Positions 12,250 to 25,055 of a DNA stretch of 64,000 nt are shown piece by piece. The stretch is taken from positions 81,282,001-81,346,000 of the forward strand of contig OZ260663.1 in the NCBI GenBank assembly GCA_965285935.1, read 5' to 3'. The stretch is from Ophelia neglecta. Taxonomy: Eukaryota. Within the stretch, counting starts at the first letter, position 1. Every line of letters starts with the position of its first letter. Under the pieces are notes generated by a model that saw nothing but the letters and a program-made list of their open reading frames with translations, was not told the origin of the DNA and did no database searches. The translations under genes and the position numbers were made by a program.

Positions 12250-13350
12250 GGATGCCACCAACACAAATACACATGGCTGAATACTTGAACAGAATTCAAA
12301 GGCGTTATCGTTGTCCTTCGAAGAAATAAGATCTGAGGGTGTCAGCACTGTGTGTAAGTTTTGCGGTAGATATGTTGCTTGTGCGTAGCAACATGGCCCG
12401 TCTAATGGCTAAGGCATGTTGCAGAGCTGATCCTCTCAACAATATAGGGTTGCATCCCTCTACATTTTACAGGTGTTCCACAAAGGTGCCGACAAGTTTA
12501 TCAGATGCTCTCCGAAACTTGACCACGGAATTAGCAGTCAAGTTGGTACAACTGCCAGGTGATGGGAGGATGTAGTAGCCCTGGTGGGGCTTTGATGTAA
12601 CCCTAGTCAATGTTTAGGTACATGTTGGCATGTGTCTATGCCAGGAGGGCACAGAAGCTAGCTCACCGCCACACCAGTTTTGCTGCTAGATTGGCAAAGA
12701 TGCTCTGTTGCTCTAGCCTGCAAACTACATCATCAGCTACAAAGTCCCCACCAGATTTCGTGCGACCAACAAATCTGGTATCTCTTCGGAGAGCGTCTTT
12801 GAAATGATTGGGGTTGGGTGGCACGAGGTCAGGGTATTTCAAACAAGAGGTAACAGTAACACATGCCATACAAAGTGTTTACATACATTGATGTCAATTC
12901 CCATCTATTGCAGGAAAAAAACAACCAACCGACCAGCTCTGATCTTGTGTTTTCAGGCGGCATAAAAGGGACAAATGTAAGAAGTTTCTTTACACAAATC
13001 GCAATATTTACAACATTTCTAGACTTGCGTACACATATACATCCGTACTCTGATCATGTACGGCTCAGAGCCCAGCTTCTTTCAGCATATCTGAAAGCGA
13101 TCCACATCTGTAACTTCAAATGGTCGGAGCAAGTTTTAGCCGCACTCATCTCTAAGTTGGATGTCTGTAACATTCAGATACAAACCCTTGAACTTCAAAG
13201 GACGGCCGCTTGGCTGAAACACTCTATACAGCTGAAAAGTCTTGGATATCAAGCTTCCTGAGCCTTCAAGTAGTCACTTCTTTGTCACTTGCTAGTGAAA
13301 CAAATGTCTTGTGCGGCATTTAGCTTGTTTCCGAACCCCTGCTGTGCTTA
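12250..13350 (-). mobile_element. Decayed coding remnant, probably a tyrosine-recombinase (Crypton-like) DNA transposon
   Basis: Broken - strand frames give, in the expected order: KKLGSEPYMIRV..Y; LYGMCYCYLLFEIP*PRA (the TGA may be a deaminated catalytic CGA Arg); VVCRLEQQSIFANLAAKLV; NPILLRGS; and AKLTHSADTLRSYF (resembles HS-x-x-T-x-x-x-Y[Y]). Multiple stops and frameshifts. Confidence 0.4.
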
Positions 13351-13802
13351 AGTCAAGGAGAGGGGTCCTTGCCCTACACCTAGAAGACTGCTAAACATCC
13401 TAACCAATGTCATTGGCTATGTCAAATCGACAAAAGAAATCTAGGCCCAACTTGACGGAAATCAGATCAAACGCGCAGACTACTTGACTGTGTGACTATC
13501 TGGGTAAAAAGCCTCTCAAGTCTCTTGCCATGGAACTAATTAATTTAGACTTACTTCAAAGATGAAGAAAATCTGTGCATTGTAGCCAATAAGAGGCCAG
13601 AGGCTGTTAAGATATCAAACTTGTCCAGATCATATTGTTTCACTTTATCATCCAGTGACTCAACAACCTGCAAACTTATTCTGATCTGAAGAAAAACGTT
13701 GTGCACAAGCTTAGCTACAACAGGGCACTAAGAATAGCTGACTTTTTCATACTACTTGTTAGATTTGTCTTTTGACATTGTTCACCCTTCCTGATTCGCT
13801 CA

Positions 13803-13935
13803 AGTTACCTATAAATATGATTCTTTTATAGTTGTCACATATAAACATAATTATTTTATAGTTGTCATATATAAACATGATTCTTTTATAGTTGTCACCT
13901 ATCAACATGATTCTTTTATAGTTGTCATCTATAGA
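13803..13935 (+). repeat. 30-bp tandem repeat, about 4.5 copies (ttcttttatagttgtcacatataaacatga)
   Basis: Visible 30-bp periodicity. Confidence 0.9.
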
Positions 13936-14539
13936 CTTTAATTGTTTTTAGTTCTTTTGATATTTTAATGAATGTCACCTTTTTATTCTCAATTGTTAAT
14001 GTATTCATTTTTAAGGAATCCGGGATTTTTAATTGCAGGTTGAAGCTGTTGGAAATGTATGACACCTCAATTTAATTAAATTCCTTTCTTCTCTTTAGAT
14101 TGATTGTTGAATTAACCAATTTCTGACTGAGATTTCTTTATTTACTAGGAAGTTACTTCTACAAAAATTGTATCTGTGAGGAAAAGAGTGAAAGATACAG
14201 TAACAACCAGCAAGCAGCCAACCTTAAACATTGTACATGTACAGGCAGTAGTCTCAAAATCCAACCATTTTGTGTTGCCAAAAATCAAGATCAGATAAGA
14301 CCCTGTCATGCTATTGTCAAGTAGAGTTTAAACCCTCCAAATTGCATATTTGAAGATTACCATCTTTTGCCTCAATTGTCAGTGGCCATTTTGTTAAAAT
14401 TGGACTTTCTGTGTTTAACAAGTTGTCAAGAGGTGGTTCGGATTTCAGAACAACATATTGGTGGTGGGGGTAACAGTTGGCAGGGGCTTTGTCTGGGGCC
14501 TGGGTAAAGTCCCAGATGGGGGAACGAGGGAACCAGGAG

Positions 14540-14815
14540 ACAAGGGTCCCAGTTCATCCCTGACAGGCCAATAACTAAACAGCCTGTCATCTATAGGGCT
14601 GGTTAGGGGGGGGGGGGGATGAGGGAACTGTGAGAACAGTACAGGGTCCCAGCATGGCCTATAGTCCAATAACTAAACAGTTGTCATACATGGGGTGGGG
14701 GGGGAGGGGGGTTCTATTTGAGGCAGGTTATTATCAAGCAGGCAGGTACTAGCCATTGTCAAGTACACTGAGACTAGGTGCTAACCACTGTCAAGTAGAT
14801 AGGGACTAGGTGGGC
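14540..14815 (+). repeat. Local duplications: two ~100-bp copies with poly-G tails, then a ~33-bp repeat
   Basis: gggtcccag...ccaataactaaacag..tgtcat occurs at about 14544 and 14643. tgtcaagta..gactaggtg is repeated at 14757-14812. Confidence 0.7.
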
Positions 14816-15713
14816 CGGGAGTCAATGTGTGTGCCGTTTGGCTTTAATCACAGAATCACCGAGAGGGTAAACAGAAACACCGACTAATTTAACTCCCAGT
14901 CAGCCCCAACATAAACCCATACCAGCAGATTAAATCCTTTCAGCTCATTTCTCAATATTTGTCTGTTTTTAACTGTCTTCAATGAGTTTCAATCGCTGAA
15001 ACAAAGCACTCTTCGAAATTGCACATATGGCTGTTTAATCTTAGCCCGGAGCCATGTCAGGCTGGCTGTCCAACACCCGTCTGCTACTAACTCTAGTGTA
15101 TGAAGATAGAAATTCAAATATCAATCCTTCATAATGTGAAAGTCCATAGATAGATGTGTGGAAATGTGCCATCTTAGATACTTAGCTGTGTGAATCGTGC
15201 ATCTGTCATTTACCCGAGTGATACTTAGCTAGATTTGACATCTCTGAATTTTAATACTTGTATTAAATGTAATATAAAGTTGTAATATAATATAAAAATG
15301 CCTGTGAATTATACATAAAAGCTAAACTGCATTACTATTAACTCTAGTGCTGTGTAAACTATGTGCATTTATGATATTTGAGAGTAGATAAATTGCTTTT
15401 TTAAATTGTATGTATTTGTCAAATGCCTGAAACAAGTGGTGATATCTAATCTGTCCTATACATGTACATGTAAATATGCCAGGCCGATAATAATATGGAT
15501 TAATTATAGCCAGGATTTAACCACACCCAATCACTTGTCAGAAATATGTAGAGTTTTTATGTGATTTTGAGTCCTCGGTGATGTTTTGGGAGTCAGATAA
15601 GCTAGCCTTGCTATGTCTACATGTACATGCATGGGACTTAGAATGTGGTATCCCTGTGTGATTGAGCAGGCAGGCAGCCTACAGTCAGTTTCACCACACT
15701 AGGCTTGATGTGT

Positions 15714-15727
15714 GTGCCATCTAGTGG
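15714..15727 (-). promoter_or_regulatory. CTCF-like motif CCACTAGATGGCAC
   Basis: Matches the CTCF core consensus CC[AG][CG][CT]AG[AG][TG]GGC[AG][CG] at all 14 positions. Motif match only. Confidence 0.45.
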
Positions 15728-16424
15728 GTAATTAAGGAACCCAGCCCAGCTGGCTCCTCCACATGTTGTCAGGTGTAGTTATCACCCAGGCGACTGTTTT
15801 ACACTACCTGCTGATGGCTGCTCTGTCAGCTTAGCCTGTGGACAGGTGTGACACCTGGTTGTAGTTTCAGACACTATACATGTTATGATGTGTAGTAATG
15901 TTACATATTGTATTATGGTGTAATTTTGTTGACCTAATTATATTTGGTTCACACAATTGAATCCTTGCTGCAATTAATTAAGATGGTGTATGCCCATGAT
16001 TGATTGACTGGGATATTTTTATGATTTTGGCATATTGGAAAAAATAGCTCCTTTGCTTAGCTTTTCAGTTTATGCACCAACCACTGCCTAGTCAAGGACT
16101 ACAAAATCAGATGAAGCCTCCGATTTTTTCGCCATTTACATTATAAACTATACTACTGTAAATGAGGCTGGATGAAAGCAAAACTACACCACTAATTGTG
16201 ATTTATATGTAGATTTATTAACATTAAAATATCTTATCTTCCTTTAAAAACTCAAAGAATGATCCATTTATGATATCTTAATGTTTGACAAAAACAGTTA
16301 TACCACAGAGTCATACCACAAAAATATTAACAACAATTCATTGAAGTTTATGAACAAATCTACTCTTGTTAATATTTATTTATTGTTGATACAATGTACT
16401 TACCCCTTGTCTCTGAATTCTAAG

Positions 16425-16651
16425 GTAATGCCAACAATATTCCGGTGATGGGTCAGTTCCAGAGGGTCGGATCGTACAGCTCCAAAATCAAGACGGCCGG
16501 ACACTTCGGTATTATGGCGGGGGCAGGCTTGAGGAGCTCGTGGGCGCCCCCTACACGCAGCGACAGGTCGGGTACCCCGAGCCCTAACCCCTCACCCAGA
16601 GAATCACCCCGAGAGTCACCCAGGGAGTCTCCAGCTACATCCAGAAGAGAG
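16425..16651 (+). CDS. Sowah: Sowah exon: (G)NANNIPVMGQFQRVGSYSSKIKTAGHFGIMAGAGLRSSWAPPTRSDRSGTPSPNPSPRESPRESPRESPATSRRE
   Basis: Acceptor ccttgtctctgaattctaag|, donor gag|gtaagc at 16652, phase 1 to 0. A GC-rich open frame embedded in AT-rich intron. Confidence 0.85.
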
Positions 16652-18379
16652 GTAAGCTGCTAGTATTTCATTCAAATTTTAATCCCATATGATATTGAAT
16701 ATAAGTCTCACATATTTGGGCAAGAACAAACTATTAATTCTGTTTAGAAATAGGAGACTTATAGATTTTGTTTTTTTTTTAAATTAATTTTGTATATTTT
16801 TAATATCATTATTATTCATCAGTGAATTACTTAACTAATTTCCACCTTGTATTAAGTGATTTTATGTCTATGTGACAACTGAGCATTTCCAAGTCATTAA
16901 TTTAAGTAGGAGTTGTTAAAACCGTAATGTCCGTCGCCATGGTTTGTGGACACATTTTACTTGTACAAGTAGTTGTTTAATGTGAGACGTGTTTAGCATG
17001 AAAACTGACTCAAATAACAAATTTGTGCGAAGCCTTGGAGTGGGGCTAGGCGGTGTCCTGGAGATTATAACTAGCTAAGTCAGCATGTAAACACAGCCAG
17101 GAAGCCATGTGACACTAACCCAGACTTTCCCACCTCCACTACCGGAGAGCTCGATATTTCATCCCCAGTGACGGTTGCTGAGCTAATTGGAATCCGTAGT
17201 CTGAGGGGATAAGTAGTAATTTGTGATTAACAGTCACTCTATACTAATATCCCCCTACTCTAGATCGGGCCTAAGTCTGTAATGAGCTTCAGTTGGAGAA
17301 ATATGTTTGTCCAATGACTTAGTCGTCTGCCTAGAATAGAGCCTGTGTGCCCTGTGGCCAAATCTACATCAGTGGTGTGTAATTGTATCCACTAGGTCCT
17401 TAAGTCTCTGAGTGTTTGGCCTAGGGATAAGTGTGGGAAAACGCATGAAAATCAGGGCCCTTTACATATTTATTTACCCATGTTTGGAGGGTGTAGAAGG
17501 GTTTACAGCTTGTTGACATGGTCAGACAGGGCAGTGTGGCTCACCTTCACACCATCTATCTAACCAATCCCCTCACAATCAAATGTTAATTTTGTTTTCA
17601 TGCCTCTTCAATGGCTAGTTAGTGGTGGGCTGTTTGATGTATAAATCTGTTATGATTGCTATCATATACATGTACCTGTAGAAAGCTGATTAAGAGGCAT
17701 CACCCAGTAACAAGCTTACTGCCAAGCACTCTTGTCACTCCGCTGGATTGTTACTTTTGGCAAACATTTGTTTATACTTCACATGGCTATGACAAAATAA
17801 TCTGAGGTGGTAAACACCATCATTGAGTTTGTCCTGACTGTGACAAGGGTGTTGGTCTTGGCAGGCTGCTATTGTCCCCTACAAGTGTGCCTATTACACT
17901 GGGGATAATACTGACTTCAGGGTGTTCTCCTCCAATCTGTTTGTTCCCACTGGATACCTATTGTGGCCAGCTCACCAGGGGTTTTCACCTGACTTTCAAG
18001 AAGCATGTCATTTATTAGTTCTAAGCTTTGTTAGCAGGCTTTCTTCTGGTCCTGCCCAGTTGCTCACATCAAAGATTCATCACATTCTCGCCTATTACCA
18101 TCTCACCTCCTTCCATATTTACTCCCGGGGAGCATATGGACTTCACAAGTTGCCGGTGGAGACTTGTGTGGCGAGGGGTGGGGCTACACTTCACCAAACC
18201 ACAATTATTTTGACCCCTTATTGGCCTGGGTCCTTTTCATCGCCATAACGGCAGTCTCCTCGGCCATGACTACTTTCAATTACTTCCTACCCGCTGTTCT
18301 CAATCCCATTGTGCCCCAGAGTTCCTTTTAAATTATTCCATCGATTGTTTTCAATTTTGTTTTGTTTCATCCATGCTTG

Positions 18380-20170
18380 TTGGTAGGGTGTATGGGAACA
18401 TTCAGTTAATGAAAAACAGCGAGTGTCCAGCATTGACAAGAACAAGTTTGATTGCAAAGTTAGAATAGTGGTTGGCTAATTTTCCCATGGATTTATGCGG
18501 CCAGATCGTTTTTGCCGGTAAGTGGCGTTCTGCATTTCCGAGCCAATGAGCTAGACCAATGTTTGAAGGGTAATCTTTGTACAATTAGTAGAATTGAACA
18601 TTCTTGCTGACAATGCATAAACCCTTTCAGTGGTGAGTATTATCCATTGCCTTATACATATTCTGGGCCATTTGAGGAAAACTAGTGGCTGCTTACATGG
18701 ATTATTGTGCTGGCAATCTTCATTATGCTTGGATGGGCCTCAGCCATCCTTAGCCTGCCAGGAATATGAATTAGCAATTGAATAGAGTGAAGGCTTGATT
18801 GAAATACTAAATCTGTAGATTATGGGCTAATTTGCAGAACAAAAGAGTTGCATTAAGAAGGGGTTTTGTTTGGCATTCAGTAATGACATATTTGGCAAGC
18901 CGAAGTAATGTAGCAAAAGAGGCAAGCCGCCCCATCAGGGTAGATTAGCCTGGGATGGAGAGGGGGCGTATTAGCTGTAGAGCCGGCTTGTCAAACACAT
19001 AGGAGCACATTGCTGTCGATTACAACACGTGTATTCTGACGGCGTACCCTCATAGCCTGTTTGTAAACAGACTAAAGCCAGACTTATGGGCGCAGGTCAA
19101 ATTTGCTCGCCATTTCTTCAGAGTGTCTACACGTTGTTGAAGCCATGTACCACATAGCTTTATCCTGGCAATCTGCATGCCAGAATTAATGGCCGTATTT
19201 AATTTGCCTCAGGACGAGCTGTGGGAGGCGATACTTTCTGCAAATAAAGTGGAGAAGAGTGAATGGGTTCTTACCTTGATGGCACTATCCACAAGATAGA
19301 TGTAATTAGCCTTTTAAAGCTTCTTTTTTCTCCCCGAGTCCCGTGTCCCGGAAGAGACGGACATAAATTTTGCGTTTATTACACAACATGATAGGTTTCA
19401 GTGGCCGGTAAGTGTGATCTATGTAAGCTGACTGTTGAGCGGATTGAATTCTGGGACCCCAAGCTTAACAGTAGCTTTGATGTAGGAAGGCCCGGTCTCT
19501 GGCCAATTTCTCTGATTCCATCGTCTTACAGAGGCCTAGCGCCCTGCTGTGGGTCAAACCAGATGAGGCAATTCAACTTCTCTCTTATTACCTGCCCAGA
19601 CGCTGCACGTCCTCCCCGTCTACAAAGACTCGGCATTCCCGAGTTCCGATTCCGATTGCCTTCTCCGCCAAAATACATTCATGAGTTGGCTTTGTAGAGT
19701 TTAAGAGCTCAGCAGGTATCAGAGTCTTGGTCTTGTTTATGTCAGGGCCCCCTGAGATACAGGATCTAGTCGGAATAATTTGCGGAATTTGGATGCAGAA
19801 AGAGCGTTGATCAATGGAGGGAATGGCTCGGAAGACATCATGTATCATCTTAATGGAATCCCAGCAATCAGTGCCAACACCGCCTAAGCCTTGTTAATGG
19901 TTTAAAAGACATTTTCTAAGGTTCTTTAACAAGTTGCACATCCTAAATTGAAATTTTATCAACAAGACTAAGCACTTGTCAGGAAGACAGTTGTAGGTGG
20001 CTATCTCTGGAGTGGGCCAGGATAGCCCTAAATTACATTTGTGGGTAGTTGGTTTTGCATTGAGATTAAGTTGTCATCGAGCACAATGATCCATCCCGTG
20101 GCCTCCTTCTGGTTGTTGTCTGCGAGGGTGAGGCTCCGCGCTGGCATAAGCTTTTACAACTATTAATGGC
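18380..20170. promoter_or_regulatory. Putative enhancer/CNE cluster in Sowah intron 16652-28243
   Basis: Same motif-dense, unique, non-coding texture (TAATT, TGACA, CTTTGAT, CCAAT). Confidence 0.4.
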
Positions 20171-21920
20171 CTGTCTGACTAAAACGCTTAAGATATTTTT
20201 GTCTGAAAATACAACAGAGATAGCTGAGGAAAATGTTACTTTTGTTAGGTCACAATGTCTCAGGGAGTACTTTTGTTCTTTGGAGTTTTGTCAGACTCTG
20301 ATAGCAGCTAATAGGCTAAAACTGAAGTCTGAAGTGGCTACCACTTACACAACGAATCCCTAAGCTCATTGATCATCACTTCTTAGTCTCTCTGCTCAGC
20401 CTATTTTTCTGTGAAACTTGGCCAGCATGTCATCATTTCATGAAATTTCTCAATTTCAAGACTTCAAATCTCATCTCGTAGAGTTTATTAAGCCACCTTG
20501 TTAGGGTTTTTTGGGGGGGAGGTCCCAAAAATCCCCCCCGAAGACGGAAAGAGTGTCAGGTTGTTTTGTCTCACTAAAAGTTCGAAGCACCCCTCTTTGT
20601 TGGCACGCCATTTTGCATTTAGTTGTAGTGTCATACTTGTTTCTGATGATGTTTTGAAAGATTTAAGACAACTTTAGATGTATGAATTCAGCCACAATTT
20701 CCACAACTGGATCTCTACATGTGTAACTGCTAATGGTAAATAAACTAGATTTAAATCTAGTATCAGTGTTTGCCAATATAAATGTTAATATGGTCAGTAG
20801 ATTAGCAGAAAACAACACTGTTTGTCTATCTTTTTTCAATGTAGACCACCAATCTTATCAGACTACCAGCTGAATTAACTTCATTGTTTTCACCTCTTTC
20901 AACAATAATATAAATTTTCTCTATCCTTTTGTTCAGGCTGGCCAGTGTCACCATTGCAGACTTGGGGCTGTTTAGTTTTAACCAGTCTAATATATATAAA
21001 TCAAGTGTCTGGAAGTGACTTTGGGCTTGGAGTTCAATGCCACAGGATCTCCTACAAGCCAGCAGTCAGTTCTTGTGGGGTACTGGGTATTGTGTTTAGT
21101 GTTTCAGCTCATGGGAACATTTAAATGGCAGAATTGTGTTTGTTTTGGGCAGCAAATGTGGCTACCATACCTTGAGGCAGGTATTGTCTTACCGAGCGCA
21201 CACACATGGGGCGTATTGAGTATTGAGCTCCCTAGCTACTCAGAGCTCGGCAGCACATGTAGATACTGCTCAGATTATAACCACCATTTTGGTACATTGT
21301 TCCCTAGAGAACCAAACGTATCCCACGTGTTTTTAAAATACTACCGAGTCCTACAGACTTTCAACAGAAAACTTAAGTCTGATGGCATGATATGTTTATT
21401 ATCCACCAATTGCCATAGTTCTTACCATAGTTTACCATTGAAATATTGGTTTTTGCAAGTTTTAGAGCTAATGCAGTATACTCAACACAGGTAGCAAGAA
21501 TTCTGCTCAAGGGACAACCGGTGGTTCTTCTAAATATTTTTGTAGAAGCCAACTGGCTAACAAGCAAACAAACTAGGACCACCTCGAAGAACATCGGAAG
21601 AACATACGTAGAACATACGTGTACAAGCCCCCTTCTTCTGTCTCCCAACTGCCTCTTGTTATGAACTATTGTGTGAAAAGCAAGCTCTTCTTGGGCAGGA
21701 GTCTTTGATCTGGGATCAGATGTTGTGTAGCAAGGGTGAAACACTGCCTTGTTACAATACCAGAGGGACTTCTGAGGGAATCTGAGGGTTTCGAGTTGGA
21801 TGGTGTGTGTGTGTGCTGCTTGCACATGGTACAGATGTGGGGATTGGTGGGGTAAGAAGTTTAGAGTGTACAGGAGAGGGTGGCTCTCTGGTAGAGAGAG
21901 GGGGGGGGCTTTAAGGTGTG

Positions 21921-23656
21921 GTAAGGAAAGGGGCTCTGTATGAGAGAAGGGTTTGGCAGCAAAAAGGGGCAATGTATGAAAGAAGGGTTTGGGCTCTGTA
22001 TGAGAGAAGGGTTTGGTAGGGACAGGGGCTCTGTATGAGGGAAGGGTTTGGCAGGGAAAGGGGCACTGTATGAGAGAAGGGTTTGGCAGGGAAAGGAGCA
22101 CCATATAAGAGAAGAGTTTGGCAGGGAAAGGGGCTCTGTATGAGAGAAGGGTTTGGCAGGGAAAGGGGCTCTGTATGAGAGAAGGGTTTGGCAGCAAAAA
22201 GGGCTCTGTATGAGAGAAGGGTTTGGCAGAGAAAGGGGCACCATATAAGAGAAGGGTTTGGCAGGGAAAGGGGCTCTGTATGAGAGAAGGGTTTGGCAGG
22301 GAAAGGGGCACTGTATGAGAGAAGGGTTTGGCAGGGAAAGGGGCTCTGTATGAGAGAAGGGTTTGGCAGGGAAAGGGGCTCTGTATGAGAGAAGGGTTTG
22401 GCAGGGAAAGGAGCTCTGTATGAGAGAAGGGTTTGGCAGGGAAAGGAGCACCATATAAGAGAAGGGTTTGGCAGGGAAAGGGGCTCTGTATAAGAGAAGG
22501 GTTTGGCAGGGAAAGGGACACTGTATGAGAGAACTGCTTGGCAGGGATAGGGGCTCTGTATGAGAGAAGGGTTTGGCAGGGAAAGGGGCTCTGTATGAGA
22601 AAAGGGTTTGGCAGGGAAAGGGGCACTGTATGAGAGAAGGGTTTGGCAGGGAATGGGGCACTGTATGAGAGAAGGGTTTGGCAGGGAAAGGGGCACTGTA
22701 TGAGAGAAGGGTTTGGCAGGGAAAGGGGCACTGTATGAGAGAAGGGTTTGGTAGGGACAGGGGCACTGTATGAGAGAAGGGTTTGGCAGGGAAAGGGGCA
22801 CTGTATGAGAGAAGGGTTTGGCAGGGAAAGGGGCTCTGTATGAGAGAAGGGTTTGGCAGGGAAAGGAGCACCATATAAGAGAAGAGTTTGGCAGGGAAAG
22901 GGGCTCTGTATGAGAGAAGGGTTTGGCAGGGAAAGGAGCACCATATAAGAGAAGGGTTTGGCATGGAAAGGGGCTCTGTATGAGAGAAGGGTTTGGCAGG
23001 GAAAGGAGCACCATATAAGAGAAGGGTTTGGTAGGGAAAGGGGCACTGTATGAGAGAAGGGTTTGGTAGGGACAGGGGCACTGTATGAGAGAAGGGTTTG
23101 GCAGGGAAAGGGGCACTGTATTAGAGAAGGGTTTGGTAGGGACAGGGGCACTGTATGAGAGAAGGGTTTGGCAGGGAAAGGGGCACTGTAAGAGAGAAGG
23201 GTTTGGCAGGGAAAGGGGCACTGTATGAGAGAAGGGTTTGGCAGGGAAAGGGGCTCTGTATGAGAGAAGGGTTTGGCAGGGAAAGGGGCACTGTATGAGA
23301 GAAGGGTTTGGCAGGGAATGGGGCACTGTATGAGAGAAGGGTTTGGCAGGGAAAGGGGCACTGTATGAGAGAAGGGTTTGGTAGGGACAGGGGCACTGTA
23401 TGAGAGAAGGGTTTGGCAGGGAAAGGGGCACTGTATGAGAGAAGGGTTTGGCAGGGAAAGGGGCACTGTATGAGAGAAGGGTTTGGCAGGGAAAGGGGCT
23501 CTGTATGAGAGAAGGGTTTGGTAGGGACAGGGGCACTGTATGAGAGAAGGGTTTGGCAGGGAAAAGGGCTCTGTATGAGAGAAGGGTTTGGCAGGGAAAG
23601 GGGCACTGTATGAGAGAAGGGTTTGGTAGGGACAGGGGCTCTGTATCAGAGAAGAG
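21921..23656 (+). repeat. 35-bp minisatellite, about 49 copies (gggcactgtatgagagaagggtttggcagggaaag)
   Basis: Directly visible tandem array. It generates the long repetitive - strand ORFs. Confidence 0.97.
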
Positions 23657-23851
23657 TGTTTTTCTATAAGGAAATGTCGTTCCATATCAAAGAAGGCAGC
23701 AGTAGAGAATGGGGCTCTAAAGCTGTTGTTCTATGTTATAGGGAAAGATGGCTTCTTGGTAGTGAATTTGCTTTCATGTCAGAGATACAGTAGCCTTGTG
23801 TAAAAGAAAGCAATGGCTCAATTATATGAAAGGGGCGCCTTCATTGCAGAG

Positions 23852-24950
23852 ATGTGGTTCTGTGATAGGAAAGGGTGGCTTCTGACAAGAGAGGGTTGGT
23901 TCTGTGTGATAGGAAAGGGTGGCTTCATGACAAGAGAGGGTTGGTTCTGTGTGATAGGAAAGAGTGGCTTCATGACAAGAGAGGGTTGGTTCTGTGTGAT
24001 AGGAAAGGGTGGCTTCATGACAAGAGAGGGTTGGTTCTGTGTGATAGGAAAGGGGGTCTTCATGACAAGAGAGGGTTGGTTCTGTGTGATAGGAAAGAGT
24101 GGCTTCATGACAAGAGAGGGTTGGTTCTGTGTAATAGGAAAGGGTGTCTTCATGACAAGAGAGGGTTGGTTCTGTGTGATAGGAAAGGGTGTCTTCATAA
24201 CAAGAGAGGGTTGGTTCTGTGTGATAGGAAAGAGTGGCTTCATGACAAGAGAGGGTTGGTTCTGTGTGATAGGAAAGAGTGGCTTCATGACAAGAGAGGG
24301 TTGGTTCTGTGTGATAGGAAAGGGGGTCTTCATGACAAGAGAGGGTTGGTTCTGTGTGATAGGAAAGAGTGGCTTCATGACAAGAGAGGGTTGGTTCTGT
24401 GTAATAGGAAAGGGTGTCTTCATGACAAGAGAGGGTTGGTTCTGTGTGATAGGAAAGGGTGTCTTCATAACAAGAGAGGGTTGGTTCTGTGTGATAGGAA
24501 AGGGTGTCTTCATGACAAGAGAGGGTTGGTTCTGTGTGATAGGAAAGGTTTACTTCATGACAAGAGAAGGTTGGTTCTGTGTGATAGGAAAGGGTGTCTT
24601 CATAACAAGAGAGGGTTGTTTCTGTGTGATAGGAAAGGGTGTCTTCATGACAAGAGAGGGTTGGTTCTGTGTGATAGGAAAGGTTTACTTCATGACAAGA
24701 GAAGGTTGGTTCTGTGTGATAGGAAAGGGTGTCTTCATAACAAGAGAGGGTTGTTTTTTGTGTGATAGGAAAGGGTGTCTTCATAACAAGAGAGGGTTGG
24801 TTCTGTGTGATAGGAAAGGATGGCTTCATGAGGAGAGAGTTGGTTCTGTGTGATATGTAAGAGGGGTCTTCTTGACAAGAGTGGGTTAGTTCTGTGTGAT
24901 AGGAAAGGGTGGCTTTGTCTCATGAGAGGGTTGGTTCCATGTGATAGGGA
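23852..24950 (+). repeat. 45-bp minisatellite, about 24 copies (catgacaagagagggttggttctgtgtgataggaaagggtgtctt)
   Basis: Directly visible tandem array. The unit is a multiple of 3, which explains the 15-aa periodic ORFs. Confidence 0.97.
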
Positions 24951-25055
24951 AGAGCAGCTCCATGATTATGAATGTTCCTTAATGGCACAGATAAGGCAGT
25001 CCTCTGTGGCAGGAAACAAGTGGCTTTATCATAGGAGAGTTTGTCTTTGTGGCAT

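Noticed and set aside
520-16424. Three consecutive introns of similar length (5436, 5120, 5232 bp)
   Set aside because: No sequence similarity is visible between them. Most likely coincidence.
21000-21850. Possible second transposon remnant left of the satellites
   Set aside because: The texture is TE-like, but I could not recognise any transposase or reverse-transcriptase motif.
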